DNA of 64,000 nucleotides from Mustelus asterias (taxonomy: Eukaryota), in NCBI RefSeq assembly GCF_964213995.1, contig NC_135816.1, positions 64,356,001 to 64,420,000 on the forward strand. Direction: 5' to 3'. Made by a program: the position numbers and the translations under genes. The notes below the pieces were generated by a model that saw only the letters and a list, made by a program, of their open reading frames with translations, did not search any database and was not told the DNA's origin. Shown in pieces: positions 49,173 through 61,438 of the stretch. Every line of letters starts with the position of its first letter. Position 1 is the stretch's first letter.

Positions 49173-50415
49173 AGTACTAGATTGGGTTGAGGATTGCTGA
49201 TGGAAAGCAGAGGGTCGGGAAAAATGGGTCCTTTTCTGGCTGGCGAAATGTAACTAGCGGGGTGTCGCAGGGATCAGTCCTTGGATCTCAACTATTTACA
49301 ATCTGTATAAATGACCTGCAAGCAGGGACAGAGTGTAACATAGCAAAATTTGTGGATGATACTAAAATAGGTGGGAAAGCAGGCAGTGAAGAGGATATAG
49401 ATTTTACAGACAGATATAGGTAGGCTAGGAGAATGGGCCAAAATTTGGCAGATGGAGTTAAGTGTAGATAAGTGAAGTTATCCATTTTGGCAGAAAAATT
49501 AGAAAGGCAAATTATAACAATGAAAAGCAGATTCAAATTGCATCCGGGCAGAGGGATCTAATGTCTATGTTCATGGATCGCAGAAAGTTGGTATGCAGGT
49601 GCAGCATGTAATAAAACAAAAGGACTGGAGTAAAAAAGTAGCGAAGTGTTGTTGCAATTGTATAGAATGTTGATGAGATCACATCTGGAGTATTGTGTCC
49701 AGTTTTGATCTCCTTATTTAAGGAAGGATGCGGTGGCATTGGAGGCAGTTCAGAGGAAGTTCACCAGATTGATTCCAGGAATGAAGGGGTATGAGGACAG
49801 ATTAAACATTTTGGCTTGTACTCGCTAGAGTTTAGAAGGATGAGAGCAGATCTGATCAAAGTATATAAAATTTTTAAAAGGATTGATAAAATAAATGTAA
49901 GCCAAATGTTTCCTGTTATGGGGCAATCTAGAACATGAGGTCACAGTTATAGGTTGCAACGCGGTAGATTTAAAACTAAGATGAGGAGGAACTACTTGCA
50001 GAGGATGGTGAATTTGTGGAACTCGCTGTCCCAGAACACGGTAGAGTCTGAATCGTTGAATGGTTTCAAGAGGGAGATAGACATGTATCTAATTTTAAAA
50101 ATGGAAAGAGGGATATGGGGAACAGGTGGGGAGGTGGATTTGAGACCAGCGGGAGATCAGCCATGATCTGATTGAATGACGGAACAGGCTCGAAGGGCTG
50201 AATTTACCTACTTCTGCTCCTAATTCCAATGTTCCTATCTAGAAGCAAAAGGGCAACAAACACATGGGGACACCACCATCTGGAAGTTGCCCTCCAAGCC
50301 ATTCACCATCCTGACTTGGAAATATATCACTGTTCCTTTCACTGTCACTGGGTCAAAGTCCTGGAACTCCCTCCCTAACAGCACTGAGAGTGTATCAACT
50401 GCTGTGATTCAAGAA

Positions 50416-50582
50416 AGAAGTCTCACAACACCAGGTTAAAGTCCAACAGGTTTATTTGGTAGCACAAGCCACTAGCTTTAAAGCTAGTGGCTTGTGCTAC
50501 CAAATAAACCTGTTGGACTTTGACCTGGTGTTGTGAGACTTCTTACTGTGTTTACCCCAGTCCAACGCTGGCATCTCCACAT
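50416..50582. mobile_element. Short Penelope-type palindromic insertion
   Basis: Near-perfect palindrome centred at about 50479; 13-bp direct repeat TGTGATTCAAGAA. Confidence 0.8.
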
Positions 50583-52007
50583 TGTGATTCAAGAAGGCAG
50601 CTCACCAAGGGTAATACCTGCATCCCATAAACGAAATTTAAAAAATGGGATCATTCTAATGTCAGTCGTGCAAAACACTAGTTAGAGCGAAGTGTTCTGA
50701 GGATAGCTGGGTTTTACTTGTGCGATTTCAATCTGAGTTGCTCACAGTTTCGGGAATTGCTTCATGTTTTTAATTCAGTTGTGACATTTCAAAATCAAGT
50801 CCACACCTATTGAGAAATTCCATTTTATTTAAACAATTCAGATACAAAAATATGGGATGTTGCAGGACAGCAACTATACAGATAAAACTATAAGTGATGT
50901 GATATGCAAGAGAGTCATATTTAGTTGACTAACTACAAGAATGAAGCCCAAAATAGCAATTCAGTGTTTAAATTAATATTCAAGTTGAGTATGATAATTA
51001 CAAAACTAAGTTGCCTATCTAAATTTTTTGATTTGATTGTTAATTTTCTAGTTTATTAAATTTGGATTTAAGCACTAATTCTCATTTTTTCTTAAACTAT
51101 TAGACAAGATTAATAATTAAAGTTCTACTTTCTTTAATCATAGATCCATTCTCTAGATTTGATGATCCAACATTGTTTACGTTTCCCGTCACATTCTATT
51201 GAAACTTTCCTTCCACACACCCACAGCTATGCTGAGTTTAACAGGTCTATGATGGTGTTTATACTCTACACAAGTGCACTCATTTTACTTCATCTGACCC
51301 CATTAACATTCTCCTTACCTTTCTTTCTCATGTGTTCATCTAATTCCACCTTAAATGCATATTTCTCTCACCTGTGGTAGTGAATTTTGCATTCTAACCA
51401 GTCTCTGGGTAGAGATTTCTCCTAAATTCTTTATTGGACATAATATTTTATGTCCAATAAGTGAAAGCATACCTACATTTACCTTATCAAAATACTTTCA
51501 TAATCTTAAAAAACCGTCAGTCACCCAACTTTTATCAAGGGAAAGAGAGCCTCAATCTCTTATGTGTTTCCTAATCAGTATAAGCTCTCAGTTCGGGGGT
51601 AGAATTATTTACTATGAGCCATGACTGCAGATCCTGTTTCCCTGCTGGAAACACCATCTCAGGTAAAATGACCTGCACTCAGAGTTTCATTAACTGTCTA
51701 CTGATTTTAACCATTCATGGGTTGGAATAGGCTGAAGGACTGGAAGGGATGTGTCTGTAATGTATGAATTAGTGTTTCTCACTGAAACAGGAGTGGCATT
51801 ATTCACCATCAGTGGGATTAAATCATAATTATTTAAAAAAACACTTTTTTTGAATGCATCATCCATCTCCAAAACAATCACTCAAAGTGAACTGACAACT
51901 GGATGTAGCTCAAGTATTAGCTTCAGTCCCCTATACTTAATCGCTTCTGTGCAATGAAGAAATTAAATACTAGATCAATATTCATTGTTCCATGTAAAAA
52001 AAAAAGC

Positions 52008-52013
52008 TTTATT
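52008..52013 (-). promoter_or_regulatory. Candidate polyA signal of the Ig-C1 receptor gene
   Basis: AATAAA on the - strand followed by a T run, downstream of the candidate last exon. Confidence 0.5.
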
Positions 52014-52195
52014 GTAAACCTTGCAAGCAGTGGGCAATATACTATATCCTTCAAACACAGGCTGTATTGTGCTTAATAGACTCCAGGATCTGACTGTTTC
52101 TAACAGAGAGGCTGTACAACACCAGCTTATCCCAGTCAGTTCTCAGGCCTGGCTTGTCGTTGTAAATAAAGATCCATAGCCCCTGATGAATCCTC

Positions 52196-52381
52196 TTATC
52201 TGCTAAAATCAAATCCTGGTAATAGGAACTGTTTCAATTTGCCACCCCCTGTAGTTTTCAGCAATGCACTAACCACCTCTTTGCTGAATGATGATTGTGC
52301 AGAAGCAGTCAATGAAAATTTGAAATAAACAAGGGATTCGGGAAACAAGGCAAACGGCCTCGAGTAAATATGATGAGAGTC
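52196..52381 (-). CDS. Candidate terminal cytoplasmic exon (DSHHIYSRPFALFPESLVYFKF...FDFSR*)
   Basis: Strong acceptor ttgtactctccttccatccag; phase-0 frame open to TAA; AATAAA about 190 nt downstream. An alternative short end (GNLFEV* at 54779-54759 after a 63-nt intron) cannot be excluded. Confidence 0.5.
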   Translation of the reverse strand, partial: DSHHIYSRPFALFPESLVYFKFSLTASAQSSFSKEVVSALLKTTGGGKLKQFLLPGFDFSR

Positions 52382-52936
52382 CTGGATGGAAGGAGAGTAC
52401 AAGGAATCCACACAATTACATGTAATTTTACAGTTTAGAAACGAGCTATTCGCTGATTATCTTTAATTATGTTAAAAGATTAAAAGAAATCCAAAAACAT
52501 CTAAGCAGAGGGTGAGCTAGCCAATCAATGCCTGTGTATCTATTTCACAAAGTTCGGGACAAAGATGGATATGTGGAGTTAGATCTCAGTTGAGCCAATC
52601 TGTCATTGAATAGCTCAGAAGCTAAATGGTCCACCCTTTCCTATGCATTTATGTTCCAAAACGACAGAGAAATACAGGTCATAAGAAATCATCAAATATT
52701 TCTATTCTTCCCATTGAATTGTGCAGTTAAATGCAGCTTGTATCCAAAACATAGTTCCCGGCAAAGTCACCAACCCTTGCTGATCCCTTAAGTGTATTTG
52801 ACTGAAATAAAAGAAAGATCTTTAGAAGTAAACCTAGAAAACAATAATTAACATTGCGATTTCAAAATTTCACAATACAATTCAAAAATAAACACAAAAC
52901 CGCTGGAAACACGGTGGATTGGCATTTGTAAAGAGG

Positions 52937-53150
52937 TTGGGATTTTCTGATCTTACCGCGGTGTGTTTTCTGGCAGCGGAGGCAACTCAGCATTGGCTGC
53001 CGGTGGGATTTTCCGGCAAACCCCCCCCCCCATGTCTATGGTACTTCGAGTGCGTCGCCTGTCCTACCACCAGGGAACCCATGGCACTTGGGGGTTCACC
53101 TTTGGCAGGCCAGAAGATCCTGCCGGTGGGAAGGGCTGGAAAATCCCTAC
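52937..53150. mobile_element. MITE-like non-autonomous DNA element
   Basis: Inverted ends GGGATTTTC...GAAAATCCC; GC-rich relative to flanks. Confidence 0.5.
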
Positions 53151-53288
53151 AGGGTCTGAGATCTAGGGGAGCTGACACCCAAAACATGAAGCTGTCTTCT
53201 CTTTTACATTCATCCATCATCTCACTCTTCATTTCACAACTGTTGGAAAGCATAATAATGTCATATTATATCTGATGCAACCTTTAAC

Positions 53289-53636
53289 CATAGAATTATA
53301 GAATCCCTACACTGCAGAAGGCAGCCATTTGGCCCATTGAGTCTGCACTGACTCTCTGACAGAGCATCCGATCCAGGCCCTATCCCCGTAACCCCACCTA
53401 TTTACCCTGCTAATCCCCCTAACCTATCCATCTTGGGACACTAAAGGGCAATTTAGTGTGGCCAATCGACCTAACCTGCACATCTTTGGACTGTGGGAGG
53501 AAACTGGAGCACCCAGAGGAAACCCACATAGATATGGGGAGAAAGTGCAAATTCCACACAGACAGTCACCCAAGGCTGGAATTGAACACGGGATCCTGGT
53601 GCTGTGAGGCAGCAATGCTAACCACTGTGTCACCCT
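53289..53636 (-). mobile_element. V-SINE (HE1-like)
   Basis: Homology to the other copies. Confidence 0.85.
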
Positions 53637-53787
53637 GGAACAGTGAGAGGAATCAAAGACTGGTCTTGCACTGGCTGGGAATCGCATGGCAGATGGGAAT
53701 TCTATCACTGAACCACCAATGCTGCTATAACAAAACAAAATTATTTTAAGGACTAAAGCTTAGAAAGAAGTGGACTGAAGTTAACAT

Positions 53788-54420
53788 GTGACAATACTGT
53801 ACCTTTAAGAAATGTATTTGTGTCATGTTTCTTGTGAAGGAAATGTTAAGATTCAACTCTGCCTAAACAGTGCCAATTTGTCTACAACCGGCAGCCTGCA
53901 TGCTGAAGAATAATTGCTCCTAGTTATTGGGGTATTCATTTTAATCTGAATTAATGCAGTTTTCTTTTATTTTGGGTTGTCCCCTGGGTTTCAGTGCAGA
54001 GTTTAATTAGGGTGCTTGAGAAGATGAAAGTCATGTAAACGGGTGGAGCTAGGCTTACAGAGAGACAAGCAGGCAGCTGCTGTTTGAATTTGAAAAGGAG
54101 CATCAGCTCTTTCTCCCTCTGTCTGGAAATTGAAGTCTGAGACCTGGTAGAAAATAGATATTTCTCCAGAGGTCTGCAAAAGGCAAGAAGTATCCCCCCC
54201 CCCCCCCCCCCCCCAACCCACCCCCGACATCCTCTCTCTGGAGATATACTATGTGAAGAAAGGTCTCTCTCTGGAGATCTGCTGTGTGAAGATTGGTCTT
54301 TCATTGGAGGCTGCTGTCTGAGAGTCAGAAGATAGGTATCACTCTGTATCTCAGTCCAGAGGTATTCAAAGGCTAGAAGAACACAGCAATATAATATTGC
54401 TCTGTCTTTTAGTTTAATCA
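53788..54420. mobile_element. Possible LTR remnant
   Basis: TGTGAC start and LTR-like composition; no partner LTR or TSD verified. Confidence 0.3.
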
Positions 54421-54842
54421 AACATGAAAATTACATTCAGAATCACACTGGAATAACAGAACAGCAGCATTCACAAAAGCTTAACTGCTAAGATGAACAG
54501 GCTGTGTATTTACCAGAACAGAAACCATTCAAATTACTTCTGCCATCTGTTAAAAATTCATTGCTGGTGTTTGAACAAAAGTCTGAATTATCCAGTAGAT
54601 TGAGTTAATACAACAAAGTGTGAATTTTCTGGTTAAAAATTGATCAGATATTAAGTCAGGTTGAATTATGTCTTGATATCTAAATGAAATGCATCTACTG
54701 ACAAGAGTTCACTAGATCTGTGCAAGGGTGCAATCACCGTGACTTTAACGATCATGTCTTAGACTTCAAAGAGATTTCCCTGAAACGTATGATACAGACA
54801 CACCTCCCCCATGATTCAAACAGACGACTATGGTCCAAGTAC

Positions 54843-54910
54843 CTTGTAATGGACATTTTGGTAGATGGATTCCTGTCTGGTGCCGAGGCTTAACGTCCCC
54901 CTGAAGTCAG
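54843..54910 (-). CDS. Cytoplasmic exon 1 (ADFRGTLSLGTRQESIYQNVHYK), ITIM-like SIYQNV
   Basis: ttcttaacgcag acceptor, AAG|gtactt donor; 68 nt, phase 1 to 0, open frame. Confidence 0.7.
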
Positions 54911-55139
54911 CTGCGTTAAGAAATGGAAACATAGGAAGAAACTGTCATTCGCTAAATGTTGTTACAATAATTTACAAATGTGTATTGATATAACTTTCTT
55001 TTCACAGTTAGGTTTCAAACAATGGTTTAGTGGAATCATGGAATATTACAAAAGGAGGCCACTAATTTTGTCCCTCTCCTTGGTAGCTATGAGACTGAAC
55101 TAGACAGCGTGTAACCTTGATGTCGTATTTGACTGAAAT

Positions 55140-55672
55140 ATTTTAACTTGAACTTCCCATGAAAGGGATATTTGGGACCTTGGATGGTGAGGAGGTAAAG
55201 GGAAGGTGGGGTAGGAAGAGGATGAGATGTTGGGAGTGATGGAAGAGTGGACCAGGATGTCACAGAGGGAGCAATCCCTGCGGAATGTTGACACTGGGGG
55301 ATGAGGGGAAGGCACGTGAAGTGGTGCTATCACACTGGAATTGGTGGAAATGGCAAAAGATGATCCTTTGAATGCCGAGGCTGGTGGGGTGAAAAGTGTG
55401 GACAAGGGGGACCCTGTCATGATTCTGGGAGGGAGGTGAAGGGGTGAGGGCAGAGGTGTGGGAGATGGGTCAGGCACGGTTTAATGCGTTGTCAACCATA
55501 GGGGGGTTTGGGGGGAGGGTGGGGGGGTGGGGGGGGAGGTTGTGGAGTGGGGGGAGAGACCCCTCAATTCAGGAAAAATGAAGACATGTCCATTTCAGAA
55601 GGAGCATCATTGTATCAGATGCAACAGAGGTGGAGAAATTGGGAGAATGGGATGGAGTCCTTACAGGAAGTG
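55140..55672 (-). mobile_element. Degenerate Penelope-like RT/linker fragment
   Basis: Remnant peptides (FRRDCSLCDILVHSS; SCKDSIPFSQFL) typical of Penelope ORFs. Confidence 0.55.
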
Positions 55673-55743
55673 TGGTACAACATTTGTGTTAAATTGTGCC
55701 AATGTTTCAATTGTGCATATAGGGCAATAATGAACAATCTCAC

Positions 55744-55878
55744 CTGTCTCGCCGTGGGAGGAAGATGTGGTTTTCTTGTAAATGAGAATAACAGCTGCAA
55801 TAATTAAAAGTAAGCCTCCCACGACAGCAAAACTCCACAGCGGAGCCATCATTCCCAGGTTTCCATTGGACTTCACTG
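55744..55878 (-). CDS. Transmembrane exon (AVKSNGNLGMMAPLWSFAVVGGLLLIIAAVILIYKKTTSSSHGET)
   Basis: 135 nt, phase 1-1; tandem aag/cag acceptor and G|gtgaga donor; hydrophobic stretch followed by YKK stop-transfer. Confidence 0.85.
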
Positions 55879-56360
55879 CTTTTAAGAAAAGGAGATAATA
55901 GATCTATTTTCAAACAGGGCAGCGTTGTGGTAGGAATTAAATAATTTCCTGATTGAAGAATAGGTGGTGAGGCTTTTAGGTAGAGGAATATATCAAACTG
56001 GCTTTAATTCTCCAGTTACCATAGCCTAAGAGGAAATTGGTAACCATTGACTTCCATTGGATTGGTTGTTATGCTTGACAATGTACTGCAATGGTTTGCC
56101 ATTGCCTTCTCTGGTATGGCTGAGCAGGAATCTGACCTGTGCCGCTCTTACCACCCACCATCAGGTGCATTGGCAGGACCTACAGGCTGATAGTCAACCT
56201 GTTTGACCATATTTGACATACCTTCCATGGCCATCAAGCCCTGAAGAGGGACCTGAACCCAAAGCTTTATGCTGAGAGATAGGGACACCAGCACTGCACC
56301 ACACAATCTCCTAAACTGATCTTTACAATTTAATACTCACACCATGTGTAAACCAATGTG

Positions 56361-56600
56361 ATGATGTGGAGATGCCGGCGTTGGACTGGGGTAAACACAG
56401 TAAGAAGTTTAACAATACCAGGTTAAAGTCCAACAGGTTTATTTGGTAGCAAAAGCCACACAAGCTTTCGGAGCTCTAAGCCCCTTGTGAACAGAATTCC
56501 CACTCACCTGAAGAAGGGGCTTAGAGCTCCGAAAGCTTGTGTGGCTTTTGCTACCAAATAAACCTGTTGGACTTTAACCTGGTGTTGTTAAACTTCTTAC
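56361..56600. mobile_element. Penelope-type hairpin insertion with hammerhead-like core
   Basis: Inverted arms of about 85 bp; CTGAAGA..GAAA at 56508-56534; 16-bp direct repeat TGTGTAAACCAATGTG. Confidence 0.8.
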
Positions 56601-56966
56601 TGTGTAAACCAATGTGTGCATGAAACTAACAGTTATGTACACACTTGATTAGCAGCTGCTTCCCCCTCTGCAGCTTTGGAAGTTCCTTTCCTCAAACCAC
56701 AGACTTCTACAGAAAGTACAAATGGTCCCAGAGCTATTTTCATGGGGCCCAGGTTACCAATTAACTGTTAACTCTCCCATCCCTTTTCATACATCATCCA
56801 CAAAACCACCCCTGCCCCAATTACATGCACACCGACCACACTTGCAGACCCCCATCAACTCAAACATCCTGACACTCACATTGCAAACCTCACCACTCAC
56901 ACACAGGCAACTCAACCTCCCACTCAGATACTTGTCCACACACAAGTACACAAATGTAGACCTTAC

Positions 56967-57287
56967 CCAGATCCTTACTGACTGCTCTCCGTATCGGCTG
57001 TCCCAGAGACACATGTTTCACCTCACACCAGTAAGTGCAATTACTCTCCCACTCTGCTGTTGGCACGGTGAGCTGGCTCACAGTCCGGTAGGTGCTGTTA
57101 CTGCCCAAAGCCACTGCAAACTGCATCACCCCTGTATCCACTGGGCCATTCTCATCTCTCCAAGTCACAGAGATAGCAGCAGGGTAAAAGTCTGACACCA
57201 AACAACTCATTACAACAGTTAGCCTTGCAGAGGCTGCGTCAAGAAGGGGAGAGATCAGTTGGATGACAGGCTCCTGAATAAAACCAT
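56967..57287 (-). CDS. Ig C1-set domain exon C, membrane-proximal (DGFIQEPVIQLISP...MSCLVSDFYPAAISVTW...NCTYWCEVKHVSLGQPIRRAVSKDL)
   Basis: 321 nt, phase 1-1; ctgtag / gtaagg; extra Cys; sequons NST and NCT. Confidence 0.93.
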
Positions 57288-57479
57288 CTACAGCAGAGAC
57301 AGGAACACATCATTAGGTAAGAGATTAAAGCCACAGTTACAGCTTTATCACAAAGATCAGATCAAATGCATTTAAAACATGTTAAGTGAAGGCAGAGGGC
57401 AGTGAGTATTCTGGTCACATAGAATCAATAATTTTGCAATAAAGCGGAATCAATTAGACATTCAGAACTCTAGAGCCAG

Positions 57480-58290
57480 GACGTGGTGAACAGTTAATAT
57501 TGGGGTGCATTGCAGTTACAACCTGGTGACTCTAACAGCAGGTAAAACACACAATGGCTGAGGTTTTTGTTATGAGGCAGAGGCTCTTGTAGATGAGAAT
57601 AACAGTATGTGATTGTGGATGGAAAGGCTCATGTGGGAGAACACATTGGCTTGGCCATGGATTTTGAGCCACAGCCTTTGCCAGAATTGACGGTTTCCCG
57701 TGGGTGCAGGGCATCATTGACTCCATTCATGTTTTCCATAAAGGCCCAACTCACCTTCGTGAATCGTAAGTTGTTCCACTCGATCAATGTGCAGATGGTT
57801 TGTGACCACAATGAATGTGTGCAAGTTTCCCAGGCAACTACCATGACTCCTTCACACTAAGGAATTCATAACTCCCCAATCTATTTTAGCGACCTATCCA
57901 GGTCTGGGAATGACTCCTTAAGGGACAAGAGTTACTCCCTAAGAACATAGATAACACCCCCTTTAGGAACCCATAATTGGCGGCAGAGCAAAATTACACC
58001 AGCAGCCAAGAACATCATCAAGCAGGCCATTGAGATTTGAAAGATGAGGTTCCCATGCTTCTATTAATTAGGGGGAGCTCTCCAATATTCTCCAGCAAGG
58101 GTTTCAAGAATAGTTATTGTGTGCTGCATATTGCACAACATTCGCACAGCGGAGGAGCCTTCAACGAGATGACAACGAAGCCATGGGCAGAGCTCCAACC
58201 TCTGAGGAGGAGGAAGAGGAAGCCCGTGCACATTCAAGCCATTCTTAAAGAGATGAAGATGAGTCGACAATACAAGGACACGCATCCAGG
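57480..58290 (+). mobile_element. PIF/Harbinger transposase remnant (HARBI1-like), frameshifted
   Basis: FPWVQGIIDSIH, FVNRKLFHSINVQMVCD, HDSF, IEQAI..LKMRF.C and CVLHN-like blocks. Confidence 0.75.
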
Positions 58291-58382
58291 GCTGCTTCAG
58301 TGCAGGAGGGGCTTCTTGATAGGTATTTGTTCAGAATAGATTTTGATACGGTCCTCCAAAATAACAACTGCTATCACAGTGG

Positions 58383-58715
58383 TGACGTGCTGGCACAGTG
58401 GTTAGCACTGCTGCCTCTCAGTACCAAGGACACAGGTTCAATTCTGACCTTGGGTGCTTGTCTGTCTGTTTCTCCCCATGTCTGTGTAGGTTTTCTCCCA
58501 CAGTCCAAAAATGTGCAGGTTAGGTGCATTGACCATGCCACACTGCCCCTTAGTGTCCAAAGATGTGTAGGTTAACTGGATTATCCATGGTAAATATGTA
58601 AGGTTACAGGGATAGGGTAGAGTTGTGGGCCTGGGTAAGTTGTTTTTTCGGAGACTCGATGCCGACTCGATGGGCTGAATAGCCTCCTTCTGCACTATAA
58701 GGAATCTATGATTCT
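58383..58715 (+). mobile_element. V-SINE (HE1-like)
   Basis: Homology to the other copies. Confidence 0.85.
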
Positions 58716-58901
58716 CAGAGACTGTCTCTGGTGAAATACCTCCACATAAAGATCCTTGTGCCTTGATGCCACAGTCTACCCATTCTTCACAAGGTCGGAA
58801 AACAAAATCATTGAGTTTGATTCAATCACATTGAAACTGCAGCTAACCCTCTTCATCATAAACATGGTTTCAAACACCTTGCATCCTACCTTCCTGACAG
58901 T

Positions 58902-59810
58902 CATAGAGTCATACAGCACAGAAAAGAATCTTCGGCCCATTGAGTCTGCACCGACAATAACTACCACTAAAGCTGCACTAATCCCATTTTCCAACACTTG
59001 TTCCACATCCTTGAATGTTATGATGTTTCAAGTGCTCATCCGAATACGTTTTGAAGGTTATAAGGTTTCAGGCCCCCACTACTTCTCCAGGCAGTGCGTT
59101 CCAGACTTCCACCACCCTCTGAGTGAAAATAAATTCTCAGATCCCCTCTGAATGTCCAATCCCTTACCCTAAAGCTATGCCCCCTCGAGATTGACCCCTC
59201 AACCAAGGGGAACAGCTGCTCCATATTCACCCCACCCATACCCTTCATAATTTTATGCACCCTCAGCCTTCTTTGCTCTAGAGAAATCAACCCAATTCTA
59301 TCCAGTATCTCCTTATAGTTCAAATGCTCCATCCCAGGCAACGTCCTGGTGAACCTCCTCTGTACCCCCCCCAATGCTATCACATTCTTCCTAGAGTGAG
59401 GTGACCAGAACTGCACACAGTACTCCAGCTCTGGCCTAACCAATGTACTGTACAGCTCCAATTTTACCTCCTTGTTCTTATACTCTATGCCACGACTGAT
59501 AAAAGCATGTGTCCCATATGCCTTCTTAACCATGCAATTCACCTGCTCTCCTGCCTTCAAGGATCTGTGACTAAGTACCCCAAGATCCATCTGTGCCTCT
59601 GAGCTTCCTAGTGTCCTGTCATTCATTAACTACACGCTTGTCTTGTTGCTTCTTCCAAAGTGTGTCACTTTGGGACTTATCAGGGATAAATACCATCTGC
59701 CACTGCTCTGCCCATCTGACCAACCTATCTATATCTCCCTGTCACCTATGACCTACTTCTTCATTATTAACACCCTACCAACCTTGCTGTCATCTGCAAA
59801 CTTGCTTCTC
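58902..59810 (-). mobile_element. 5'-truncated CR1 fragment
   Basis: ORF 59036-59626 (LVRPELEYCVQFWSP, VQRRFTR) plus 3' tail. Confidence 0.85.
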
Positions 59811-60519
59811 ATGATGCCATTGATCATGAATGATGCATCATGCTGCCAAATTGACCGTCTTCAAGCCATATCCACAATGCAGATAATGACACGAATGAAG
59901 ATGTAAAATCTTGTATTCGTGTAGATATGACATCTCCCGCGCCATTAAATAAGTGTGCCATAACAACTCATCGAAATAACCTTTATTGCATCAATTCCAG
60001 TCCATGGTCCTGGATCAGAACTGGGTGCTATACCATCAGTCCTGGCTTAAATATGCCTCTACAACCGGCACAAACCACATCCTGTGATACCAGAAATGAG
60101 AAATCAGCCATTGTAGCGGTGATGGCAAATGAGCTAAATTAACTGGACAACACCAAGACGAAAGTGCAGCATTGCAATGCAAGATGACTGCCAAGCACCC
60201 AGCACTCATGCTTGAGATGCACTTGCTGACCAATATCTAATCATGGAATTGGATCATTAAGCTTCCTCTGAGGCATGCTTAGATGGAAACTGAAAAATAC
60301 AAGTAGCAACTTAGTGCTTGAGCCTTTGATCTCTGGAGTATTGTGCAATACAACAGAAGACATGTCTTACACAAACTCTGAGATCCAGCCACTAATTTTC
60401 ATGATTATTTCTAATAATGTCTCCCAAACTGTAATAATGTTTCACAAACCTGAAAATCACTTCAGTTATCCTTTTGGCATCTCACCACACTTCTCTGCTC
60501 TGTCTGTCTTTACTGAACA

Positions 60520-61053
60520 CTTCTCTATTCTAATACCTTTAACCTCAGGCTTCTTGGAAACTTCTCTTCATCTCTTGAGGTTCCTTAACTAACTGAACTT
60601 TAGCTCTTTGCACTTGTTTTCTGAATTATTACTCCATGGTATGGCCTTCTTCTGGCAAAGCTCAGAGAGATATTCCCTCTCTAACCTTCTAAACCAACTG
60701 TTGCTAGCAGCACTGTGAGAGCTGCCTTCTCCTTCACTACCTATTTCCAACTGCAATATATCCAACTAAAACTAAACCCAAAAACCTTTCTAACTTAAAA
60801 GGGCCCCTGGTTGCTAAGTAACAACCTTGTTTATTTTTCATGCCATAATCTGTCTAAGCACAATAGAAGCAGTCTGAATTGAAACCAAAACCCCCACATC
60901 TACAAACACCATTGTCCAGCAGGAATCTAACTATAGATTTACTGTTCTTTACACAGAAACACTAACTTAAACCCACTTAAAACTATACCTTATTTCTAAT
61001 ATTTACTAATACAAATATCAATCCCTTAAAACTACCTTTATTTTCTTAAGACA
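60520..61053 (-). mobile_element. Possible LTR remnant
   Basis: TGTCTTAAG start on - and LTR-like composition; other end not identified. Confidence 0.3.
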
Positions 61054-61438
61054 ACAGGATAAATAGATGGGATAATGGACATGGAAATACTGTTCATTCA
61101 TCCACTGAGTCTAGTCAGCTTACTAAATGACTGCTCCTTATCTGCTTCAAGTCATGGTGGCAAAAAAATGGCATCTCCGTGGCTGTGTCTTGAGAAACTG
61201 CTCAGTGATTTGATGAGAAAGCGTCAGTAGCAATTGTCCCATAGGGAAAGGAGGATGCCATGTCTAAGTGGACTCGGACCTTTTAAAAATGAAAGCATTT
61301 TGAAGGGTTTGGTAGGAAAGAGGAATTGAAATTTTGGAAGAAACTGTGGAAGAGGCTGTGTGTAGTTTAAGGACATTTAATGTTAATTAGGATATATGGA
61401 GTAAATAGTTAAAGTCAATCAGATTGCAATGTCCTTAC

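Larger units (their letters stand above)
45070..50640 (+). mobile_element. Nested LINE stack: old CR1/L2-type element interrupted by CR1 fragments (45680-46175, 47385-47840, 48060-50235), Penelope insertions and a solo LTR
   Basis: RT/C-terminal peptides (ALERVQRRFTRMLPG; LDFQKVFDK; VSQGSVLG; FADDCT) and separate CR1 tails; the host element resumes on both sides of each insertion. Confidence 0.8.

Noticed and set aside
57480-58290. Domesticated HARBI1 gene
   Set aside because: Multiple frameshifts and stops; an intronic transposon relic.
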